From Cycas panzhihuaensis (Eukaryota > Plantae > Cycadophyta), in contig CM041465.1 of the NCBI GenBank assembly GCA_023213395.1, forward strand, positions 65,665,741 through 65,729,740: a DNA stretch of 64,000 nt, read 5' to 3'. Shown piece by piece: positions 13,600 to 24,200 of this stretch (position 1 is the first letter of the stretch; each line of letters opens with the position of its first letter). The notes beneath the pieces are model-generated. The model did no database searches, was not told the origin of the DNA, and saw only the letters and a program-made list of their open reading frames with translations. Position numbers and translations under genes: made by a program.

Positions 13600-14485
13600 T
13601 TCATTTAGAATTTTAATTAGTCATGACTTTGGTTATACTTCATCCTAGTTGCAACTACTTATTTGTTTGGTTATAACCTTTACACTAAGGTTTATAGTTC
13701 TCAATGTCCTTCAGTTTCAACTTTTGGCTTCTTGGTTGTAACCATCCATGTCTCAAGTTATAATTGGCTTCCTTCTTATTGTAATTTTCTACCTTTTTGG
13801 TTGTAACCACCTGCATCCTAGGTTATAACCATTTTCATTAATGATATAATTTTTTACCTTCTTGATTATAATTGTTTGTATCCCTGGTTGTAATATTTCC
13901 TTGAGGTTTTAACTTTCTATCTTCTTGGTTATAATTGTTTGCTTCTGAGGTTACAACCATTTTCCTTAAGATTACAACTTTTTGTCTTCTTAGTTTTAAT
14001 TGTTTATGTCCTAGGTTATAACTGTCTTCCTTGAGGTTGTAACTTTTTATATTTTTGGTTGCAACTATCCATGACCTAGGTTGTAACCATCTTCCTTGAG
14101 GTTTCAACTTTCCATCTTCTTGGTTGAAACAATTTGCATCCCAAGTTGCAACCATCTTATTACCATCGCATCCCTGATTGCAACCTATTGTATCTCGGGT
14201 TACAACCAATTTGTTATAATTATGTCCTTGGTTGCAACCTTCTGCATCTTGAGTTATAATTGTCTTATTATAATCACATCCTTAATTACAACCTTCTATA
14301 TCTTAAGTTACAAATATCTTATTATAATCATGTCCTTGGTTGCAACCTTCTACATCTTAGGTTATAACATTCTTTTTATAATCATGTCCCTAGTTGCAAC
14401 CTTTTGTATGTTGGGTTGTGACCCTTTTATTATAATCATGTCCTTGGTTATAACCTTCTATATTCTAGGTTGCAACCATCTTACT
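13600..14485. repeat. Degenerate tandem array built on the palindrome GGTTGCAACC; ~54-bp units at 14140-14485 and ~62-bp units upstream
   Basis: The repeated unit TTATAATCATGTCCTTGGTTGCAACCTTCT...GGTTRYAAC is directly visible. The 18-aa periodicity of ORF 14096-14503 reflects it. Confidence 0.9.
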
Positions 14486-14559
14486 AATAATTTTATAATT
14501 TAGCTAATAAAATTTTCCTATATTTCAAATGATTAAGGGATATCTATTCTCATGGTTTG

Positions 14560-16357
14560 TGCTTTCTTTTGTCTTTTTAAACTTGTTATGTATTATTTTA
14601 GTCGACTTTTATTGACTAGTTTATCAAGCAATATTCCATCACATTATTAGAGTTTCACTGCTCCATTATATCAAATATAATTTACTTTATATAGACCAAG
14701 CCACCATAACTCCATTTTTCTCGGCTTCATATGAAATTTACTATCATATAAGAGTATGACATATCCTACTTAGAACTAAGGAATTTTGAGGTGTTTATCA
14801 TGCCACACTTTATATCTCTATTTTTCTACTTTTAATTCCCACAAAGCCCTTACTTGTTTCTCATTCATTTTTATTAATTCAATGAATCATTGACCCCTTT
14901 AGTCTTATTCTGGTAATCGTAGTTGTAAGGCTACTCACAGACCTTTTGTTTAGAATTTAAGAGGAAGTATAACTTCTAGTCCATAAACTAATTAGAATAG
15001 TGTTTGTATATAAGGTTTTTTTACCATTGACCTATTTGACCATAACACTGAGTGAAGCCATTCTACCTAATCTATTCATCCTTCGTTACAAATTTTAGAC
15101 AATGCTAATTTTAAAATTTTATTCATACTTTTTACCTATCCATTTTCTAAGGGATAATATTGAGAGGATTTAAAATGTTGAATCATAAACTTCTTTATAA
15201 AATGATTAATTATTTCATTCAAAAAATTGATTCCTTGATTATAAATAATTTCCAAAGTGTAGCCAAATCAAATGATAATTATCTTATATAAAAATTAAGT
15301 TATACTTTGGGCATGGTATATCTTAATTAGTTTTGCTTTGGTCCAGTTGGTCAGGAAATCCATGACCACCAAAATGTATCTTGTATTTATTCATCTAACT
15401 GGTGGATTAATTGTTCTAACAAAATCCAACCCCTATTTTTTGAATGGTGCCTAAGCTAGAATAGGATGTAAGGGCATGAGATGATTTTTTCCTAGCTTAC
15501 CCACTTGTTGATATATATCATATATGAGAACCTACTTTTATGTGTCCTCAAATAATGTGAGCTACTAAAGTCTAACTAATAAAATCCTTTTAATTATGGG
15601 TTCAACACCTTGATGCTTCAGTATAACACCTTCATAAGCTTCTCAAATAATAGCTTCTACCTCATGTTGTATTATACATATTCGTGAAACATGATCTAGT
15701 CCTAATTTATATAACATCCAATAAATCAATTAAAAGGGGAATGCTTTTTAAATGAAGCTTTGTCCATTTACTAGTTCTATTCTTTATGGTATTTGTTATG
15801 TGGCTAAATATTATGCAATGCCCTCATACCCTTTAGGTATTATCTAAATAAAAAATAATTCTACATCTAGAAAATCATCCTAGATTCCTATGGTTAGTTC
15901 GCCTTTTACTTCTCTTGATAATAGGTCTATAATTATATGCTTATCTTATTTTTTGACTATAATTTTAAAATTAAATTCCTAAAATAATATTAGTCATCTA
16001 CTAATTCCTCCTTACAAAATAGGTTTATTAACTAGATACTACAAAGCCTCGTTATCTACAAAAAAGACAAATGGATTAGCTAATAAATAATGTCTGAAAT
16101 TTTGGAGGTTATAAACCATGACTAGGCCTTCTTATTCCATGACTGAATAGTTCTTATCTATTTCTATTAATGTTTGGCTTATAAAACATATTAGTAGGCC
16201 AGTTTTATTATCCTTTGGTTGAACTAATATGCATTTGATGGCAAATAAAGAAGCACACACACACACATATATATAGAATGATTTATCCTAGTTAAGAAAT
16301 CTTAGTATTGGTGCATTGGTGACTTTCTTCTTGAACAATTCAAATGCAAGCTACTAT
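14560..16357 (-). pseudogene. pol: Ty3/Gypsy (non-chromoviral) pol remnant: RT-RH linker, RNase H, integrase
   Basis: AFELFKKKVTNAPILRF, LQKFQTLFI..PFVFFVDNEAL, APFKK*GLDFV..INPP, YILVVMDFLTNW, FGY.LEIIYNQG.NF. Truncated by the LTR at 16358. Confidence 0.88.
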
Positions 16358-16756
16358 TGTTGTGGGATTAATGCTCATCACCCCACTCCCACCTTCTAAC
16401 CAAGAGTGTACACCTCACTCTCATCAATTTACACATGTGGGTACTCACATGTATAGGTAAGTATAAGGTAAGATTTGATTTAATTTGAGTTAAGTTCATT
16501 TGAGTTAAGTTAAGTTATATTTTATTGTTATTTAAATTTGAGGGGTTGAGGAGTTTCCCTCCTCCCCCAAACTATATATTTTGAGGGGTGTATAAGCCTG
16601 GTGTTTTTAGACACCACCTACTTTTGGACATTTGTAATACTCTCTCCACAATAATGGATTGAATACAAAAGCTCTTATGTTTATGCAACAATGATGTATT
16701 AATCTGTGTTTATGTGTTTATATTATACCTTATTCTTCATCGTTTAGTTTCCTTCA
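16358..16756 (+). repeat. 5' LTR of a Copia-type non-autonomous element
   Basis: TG...TTCA, with a TATA-like CTATATATT at ~16572, followed by a perfect Met-type PBS. Shares motifs with the 6999/9409 LTRs. Confidence 0.85.
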
Positions 16757-16758
16757 TC

Positions 16759-16770
16759 TGGTATCAGAGC
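16759..16770 (+). promoter_or_regulatory. tRNA-Met(i) primer-binding site
   Basis: Exact TGGTATCAGAGC, 2 nt after the LTR CA. Confidence 0.92.
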
Positions 16771-17562
16771 CCAAGGTTCAATCCTTGGAGGCATTTCTTG
16801 CAAACCCTAGTACATGTTATCCTTGTTTTTATGATTTCAAGCCTTGTATATTTTTTAATGTGCCTGTTTGGTGACTTTGTCAAGTTGAAGATCATTTCAA
16901 GTTACATATTATGCATATTTTGTTATGGGACTATTATCAAGTTTTGAAGGGCTATTTTGGTGTTAAGGAGAGGTTGCTTTCAAGCCCATTTTGAAGTTTT
17001 GTAGCTATTTGAAGCCTATTGATGTTGCTCAAGTGGACATCTTCTCCACATATGGCATCATAATAATATTGTATGCAGGTGAAATTCCACAAAAGCTCAT
17101 GTTCATATTCCAATTATTGGAAGACCATCTTCATTGCATGTTAGTGGACAAGAATACAACTAAGATCATTGACAACAGTTGAGTGAGTCCTTCTTGGCCA
17201 AGAGTGACTTTATTTTAAATTTTTTTTATAGATCTACAGGTGGATAAAGGTCATGTTCTTTTTCTATTGATATGTATTCTTTTTATATGAAAATTATTCA
17301 AAAAATTTCTATATTCAAGGCCTTTAAATCTGGCTTATATTCTTATGTATTTTTTAAATTAGAAAAGGGGGGGAGAAAAAATGGGGTTGCCAAGTTTCCT
17401 GCTATGGTTTAGTGTATGATGAAATTTTAGATCTGTATGATTATTACTGAAGCTGGTCTTGATTCTGAAAGCTAATGAGAGAGGAGATTATTTTAATTTT
17501 TGAAAGCCTGACCAAGATGACATCTGGTTCGAGGCTACCAATTGATTAGACTACATTGTTTT

Positions 17563-17742
17563 GAGAAGCACCTAGCCCATATCATAAATAAGTCCTACTA
17601 AATACAACTAGTCCTTATTGGGATAATCCCGTCTAATGGATTCAATAGTTTTTAGCAAATGCTCCATTTGGGGTTCATCAAAGACATGATTACTCTCATC
17701 CACATACTCATTCAAAAGCTCACAACATTGCCAAATGGTAAC
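17563..17742 (-). pseudogene. MIOX: Myo-inositol oxygenase gene fragment (60 codons, 2 stops)
   Basis: VTIWQCCELLNEYVDESNHVFDEPQMEHLLKTIESIRRDYPNKD*LYLVGLIYDMG*VLL aligns without gaps to the plant MIOX core as recalled ([55 protein letters not shown]). Confidence 0.9.
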
Positions 17743-17749
17743 TAGCTTA

Positions 17750-17894
17750 GCTTATGGACACCATGATCGGTCAGAGGAAACATTTGATGAAGAAAGATTG
17801 AGGTATTGAAAGGCATTACATCTGCCAAAGGTCCATCTGCAGTTGCCTCTACCCACACCACTCCCTTGTCATTCAACTCAATGGCAGGCCGACC
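17750..17894 (-). pseudogene. BAHD/HXXXD acyltransferase N-terminal fragment
   Basis: GRPAIELNDKGVVWVEATADGPLADVMPFNTSIFLHQMFPLTD matches the segment that follows YPxAGR in BAHD enzymes (GR.EI.CND.GV.FVEA.AD..L.D...F.P...L.QL.P). Confidence 0.72.
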
Positions 17895-19647
17895 ATATTA
17901 TAGACTACTATTATATATTCTTGCATTATTAAAAGTCAGTGGTATGAAGAGGCAGAAGAATGTTGGGAGGGGCATTATCGACTATATTGGCAGGTGCTAT
18001 CATTTGACAAATTTCCACTTATAGTCTCTCACGAGATAAACAACACAGAGTTTAATTAGATCTCCAAATCTAACCATGGAGGTTGATAATATCAATGGAG
18101 TAGGAATGAAGGTCAATCAGCAAGTCAATCTTTGTAACATAGTATCATGCAACCCCTGGTATGGAGAAGAATGCTAGCTAGCGTGATATTTAGAAAGTGT
18201 TTCATAAAGAATGCTAGCCATGAAGTGGATGGACCTGGATATGTTAATCGAGCCTTAATTCATATGGTAAGATGGTAGAAATAAGAGTTGAGGGAGCATC
18301 GAAGGTGATCTGTAGATTACCGGTAGCAACAAGAAAGCATCATATTAGAAGAACAATCTTATGTGGGAAGCCATAGCCAACTGTAATGACTGTGACCATC
18401 AAACACCTACAAGAGTGTAACTATGACAAGTGAAACCTGCAAACTCTCTCAATAATAGCGAGCCCCACATATTCATGGTACTGAACCTGCAATCCATGAC
18501 CTTACATCCTAATGGCGGTGACCCCTCTCAATGGGGTATATCGTTATGGCAAATACTATTTAGGGTTAACAATATAATTTTATATTTTTGGCATATATTA
18601 TGTTGGTGAATTTCATTGTTAAAAAGGGTTAAGTTTATTTATTTTTTAATTGAAAAATATATTTAACTACATTAGGTATTAGTTTTAAATTTACCTTAGC
18701 CCCTTTGCTATAAGTACCTAGTCCTATAGAGGCTTTATACGACCAACAACTAGCCATAAAAAGGGTTAGCTCCCATTTTTTAGCCTTGTTAAAGAGTATC
18801 TATCACATTTTGTATGATATCTTAGACCTAGGAACTCTGATTTTAGTCTTGTCTATTGCGTTAGATCCGTAACAGAGAGACCTTTCATTTGACACATTTC
18901 GAAGTTGTTTTCATGTAGATTTTTTCATTCAAAGCCACAAGTTACTATTTGTCTTCATTTTTTTTTTCATCTTCTACAAGCACATATTACATTTTTGAGG
19001 TTTTCTTGATGTACTGTACCCTAAATGGGGGGGGATAGCATGTACCATGATTTTATTTTTAGCTCTTGAAGAACCCATTGTGATCATATTATACTTCATT
19101 TTTGAGAGAGAGTCATATGTGCTACACAAGTCACATATCATTTTCAGTCATGTAAAAACTTCTAATGTCAGTTATTGTTGCCCATGGTGGCAAGTTGTTA
19201 GCCCAATGAGGCATATTTTATCCCATGTGGCATGTTGAAGGCCATAGTGCTATTGTATTTTCAACCATTAGATATCGAAGAAGTGCTAGTCCTATTGAGC
19301 AAGAGATAAGACACACTTTTAGAAGCTACTCTTTCCTGCCATGTTCCATTTTCCATGTACTTTATATATATTTTCCTGCTTGCACTCCCATATGAGCAAG
19401 GGGTTGGACCTTATATAGTTACTCTTGCTAGCTCCTGATTGTTCCACATATACAAAGGAAGTTCCTACCCAACTAGTGGTTGCAATGACCGATAATCCAT
19501 GCATTCTAGTAGATGGACTCCACTTCATATGGACTTTAGCAACTTTCTTATTCTGTGCAGTAACGTTTATGATCTACAAACTTTTAGAGACTTGAGCTTA
19601 TCATTGATATGATGACATTTATGTAATTGACTATTATAGGGGGGGGA

Positions 19648-19845
19648 TGTTGGGTGTAATACTAAATTCCATTAGTCCTATGTAAACTCTCTCTATCTTT
19701 CATATTTTATATTAAAGTTGTGGGCCACCTTGATATGTGTACCACCTTTAAGTAGTCCTATGGGGTTCTCTCACTAGTGGTAAGCTTGCACTATAAGTAT
19801 GTACACTTATTTGTTCATAATTGAGTTTTGGCCAATTCTCCAACA
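19648..19845 (+). repeat. Short LTR (198 bp) with PPT upstream and a PBS-like TGGTATC downstream
   Basis: TGTTGG...CCAACA inverted termini; G-run PPT at 19638-19647; TATA-like CTATAAG at ~19791; TGGTATC at 19846. Confidence 0.75.
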
Positions 19846-21290
19846 TGGTATCCATTTTTTACATACTTCATCTTTTTGTTATTCACCATTAGGGTTTGAT
19901 ATGCTTGTTATGTTCCTAATTCTAACACTCTTCTATCTTCACTTGGGACTATAACAATATGAAAGGCCTATGCCTTGACATTATAGTACACAGCATTACC
20001 ACCACTCATAGTTTTAAGCCTAAGTGGAAGATACAAACTCCCATTTATCCTCACTTATCTATAGTAGATAAGTAAGAAATTAAAAAACTTTTAAAAGTTG
20101 GATTTATAGAAATAGTGGATTACTCTTAGTAGTTGTCAAACATCATTCTTATTGCTAAAAAGAATGGTTTGATTTATATATGCATTAACTTTAATAACAT
20201 TAATAATAATTACTCTAAAAGTAAAATTTCACTACCATTCATTGAATGAATATTAGATCAAATTATTGGATTTGAAGTAATGTCCCTTATGGATTGACTT
20301 TTTAGGTCTAATTAGATTCTTACCTTGCCTAAAAACTATCATAAAATTGCATTCACTATGTCATAAGGGATATTTGCTTATAAGGTCATGCCTTTTAGCT
20401 TGAAGAGTAAGGGAGCTACTTACCAATAATCCATGGTGTTTATCTTTCATGACTTGATTGGTATTATAATTTCAGTTTATTTGGATGATATGTTGGAGTT
20501 ATAATGTTATAAGAAGGATTATATCCACAATCTAAGAACTAGATTTGAAAGATGTCATAAGTATTAATTATACCTTAATCCTAATAAATGTGTATTTATT
20601 ATTACCTTAGGCAAGATGCTCAAAAATATTAATTTGAAGGATGGTATTAAGGTAGACTTTAATAAGGTAAAAGAAATAGTTAAAATCTCCCTACCTTATG
20701 ACCAAAAGTAAATCGAATTATTTCTTGAAAGACTAGGGTTTCTTCAATGATTTATTACCAACTTTGCTTTAAATATAAAATCCTTCATGGACTTCCTTAA
20801 AAAATAAGTCTCTCTTGATTGGATATTGATCATTCAAAATTTATTTAATACACTCAAACAAGTATTGGTTTTTGATATGATTCCTTTGAGGATTCCTTTA
20901 CACCTAATCAAAAAACCAAAATACAAAACACAAATAGAGCACAAATGGATACAAAAATGGACACCACAAATTTGCACCAAATGGCTAGTAACAATTTCTC
21001 ATTCAAAAACTAACTTCCTTTACATCTATAAGGCCTTAAATAAACAACATGGCCATTTTGTCTATGAATCTAATTAGAGAGGTATTCAACCTTTATTTTC
21101 ATTGGTGGCCCTAAGTGGCCCATGTACACCTTTTAATAGTTAACATTAATATCTACCTTCTAATAGTAAAAGTACCTTCATTAGGGTTCTTCTAACCACT
21201 AATAAGTGCCTTCCCCTGAGATGTTAAGTCCCCATAGTGTAAGAGATTTAGATGTTACTTAATAAATTCATTTGGCTCCTATGTTGCTTC

Positions 21291-24200
21291 TGAAAGAAGG
21301 ATGGATCTAGGAAATAAATCACTCACATATACACAATGGCAATAGAGAATGAAAAAGAGATGAAACAAGATATAAGAGTAGTCTTGGAGGTGAGAATGAA
21401 TAATAACTACCTCCTTGAGATTTTGCCTTTTATTATTGAGGTGAGCATTAGGGTTAGGATTTTTCTGCCTAATGACATGAACTTGAAATTACATCTAAAT
21501 GCACATAAAAGTACATTTCATTAAGAGACTAATGTTAATAATATATCCTAAGGCCACTTAATTAATCTACACAAATGATCTTGATACATTAACCTCTTTT
21601 AATCCCCCCCTTAATGGTGGAAGGTTATTTTGAGAAAATATATTCTATGATATCTTCATTTGAGCCTCATTATTACATTGAAATTCTAAATTACACTTTT
21701 ATGGGAAAAACCCTAATAGGGAATAAAAAGCCATAGACTTTCTAAGATCTATAGCCCCTTTTATAAATCAAAATGACTAAGGTGGCTCTTTGATGTAGTC
21801 TGATAGCCAAGCAACTTAAATATATAGTTTAATATGCTTAGTCTCTATATACCATTTGGTTATCCCCTATGCCCTTTCAGGTTTTCACAATTTCTAATTA
21901 TCTAAAACTAGTATAACCCTTATCCTTCCGTGCCCACATGGGGTTTTCAAAAATAGGATAGAGAAGAGACTTAATCTTAGTCTTTTGTGACTATAAGGAG
22001 TTTTCATGAATAGAATAAAGTATGATAATCCTATTGCCATCTTCTTTGATCAGTCGAAGATAGAGGCCCTAAGGCTAAGCTACATTTGGAACTGTTTAAA
22101 CTTCACCTTTTGTAGTGATTTAGTGAAGATATCAGCCACTTGATCTAGTATGAGGAAGTATTTTAGTTGAATTATACTATCATGAACAAATTCTCTAATC
22201 CTATGGATATTTATACTTATATGTTTGGTACAATTATAAAATACATTATTTTTTTCCATGTGGATTACTGATTGATTATCCACACGAAGGCTGGTAAGAC
22301 TTGCTTGGGTGATATTTAATATTTCCAATAATTTTCTAAGCTATATCACCTTCTTTCTAGTCTTAGAAGTAGCAATGTATTTAGCTTTGACAATTGAATT
22401 AACAACTATCTTCTGTCATCTAGATCTCTATGATATGAGTGCTGTTCCAAGAAATGTTACATACCTAGACATAGATCTTCTTGTATCTTTATCTCTTATA
22501 AACTCTAAGTCTATGTATACAGAAAGCTTAAATTCATTATTAGGTTCATATAATAGACCAAATTTGTTAGTTGTCTTTAGGTATTTTAACACTCAAACTG
22601 CAACCTACAAGTGATTTTTCTTAGGATTTGTCATGAATTGTATAATAATACTAATAGAGTGTGTAATATCTGGCCTTGTATTAGTAGTATAGATGAGACT
22701 ACCTAGAAGTTTCTTATAGAGTGTTGCATCTACCTCTCTAGCATCACCATCAGTTGAGAGTTTGGTATTAGGGTCCATAGGTAAATCCATTGGTTGAGCA
22801 TCTTCTAACTAAAACTTAGTTAGAAGATTGTTGACGTATTTTTCTTGTACTTCAATTTTCAAGTAATATTTCATCCAACTAAGGTCAAACAATGCAAACA
22901 TTTTTCTAAGGTCCTTTTTTAGCTGGCTTATTACCTGTTCACTATTACCTGTTACTAGCATGTCATCCACAAAGATTATAAGATAAGTGACTTTATCCTT
23001 TTGGCACTTGATGAATAATGTTGCATCAATATCTTGACAAACTTCATATCTAAGTTGCCTCATTTTTTCAAAGAAAACTTGGTAAACCAAGCATGAGGGG
23101 CTTATTTAAGGTTATACAAGGACTTTTTGAGCCTACAAAGCTTATGTTCTTGACCTTCGATCTTATATCCTTTTGGTTGAGCCATATAAATTTCTTCTTC
23201 GAGATCCCTATTGAGAAATGTAGTCTTAATATTGAATTGGTGGATTGTCTAAACCTATTAAGCAACCAAGGCCATAAGAGTTTTAATTATAGGCCACTTG
23301 GTTGTAAGTGCAAAGACTTCAGTGTAGTCGATGCCTTCCCTTTGCATAAATCCTTTAGCTACCAACATCGCCTTATGTTTTTCAAGGGTGTCATCTAATT
23401 TATATTTATTTTTGAATACCCATTTATTTTGAACTATCTTTATACCAAGTGGTAGATCAATGAGCTCTCATGTACCATTTTTTATGAGAGATTAGTATTC
23501 TTCGTTTATTACATTTCTCTAGATTGTATGTTTTATAACTTCTTAGTATGAGAGGGGCTCTTCATTAAGAATAAGATACAATTTTACTAGTTCAAGCTCA
23601 ATATATAATGATTCCTAGATCCTTGTTCTATGGGCATTTTAAGTGCCATTTTTGCCCACCTCATCTGGCCGTATGTCCTTATTAAGTTGGTAGGCTTCAT
23701 GAGATCCTCGAGTTGGGAATGAGGTTCTCATTTCCTTAACTTCTTGGTTCTCATCTTTTTCATTAAAATAATCATTTTGTGAGGAGGATGTTGATATTCC
23801 TAAGGAATATGGTCCTTCTACCACTATTTTGCCTTTATCAACTGAAGGTAGAGAGGATGATTCTTCTATAATAGTTTTACCTTTGTCAACTCTACTATCT
23901 TCAAAGGATGGTAGTAGATGTACATTCATCAGTTCAGAGTCACAACTTATATCCTTAGAGGCTCTATTGTTAGCTTCTAATATTTGGAGTAATTTATATC
24001 TACCCCCCCCCCCCCCAAATTTTAGAATCTAAACATCATACTTGATAACATTATTATAGTCAGGTGAGTGTATTTTGGAGTCCAATCTAAGCAACTAATC
24101 CTCCGTCTTAGTAAAAATGACATCTCTAGTAATGATAATTTTTTGTTGTGAAGGTATAAAGACCTTATACCCTTTCTTATCCATAGGGTATCCAACAAAG

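Larger units (their letters stand above)
16358..19845 (+). mobile_element. Putative non-autonomous LTR segment carrying captured host-gene fragments
   Basis: LTR + PBS at left and PPT (AGGGGGGGGA) + TGTTGG...CCAACA LTR at right. No gag or pol recognised. The two LTRs do not match and no TSD was found, so the unit may be chimeric. Confidence 0.5.

Noticed and set aside
13600-14485. CRISPR-like array of palindromic repeats
   Set aside because: The intervening sequences are themselves repeated rather than unique spacers, there are no cas genes, and the context is a plant retroelement.
14096-14503. 135-aa hydrophobic ORF as a membrane or env protein
   Set aside because: It is an artefact of translating the 54-bp tandem repeat on the T-rich strand.
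18368-18395. TVITVGYG resembling the K+ channel pore motif TVGYGD
   Set aside because: It lacks the Asp and the flanking helices, and is too short to distinguish from chance.
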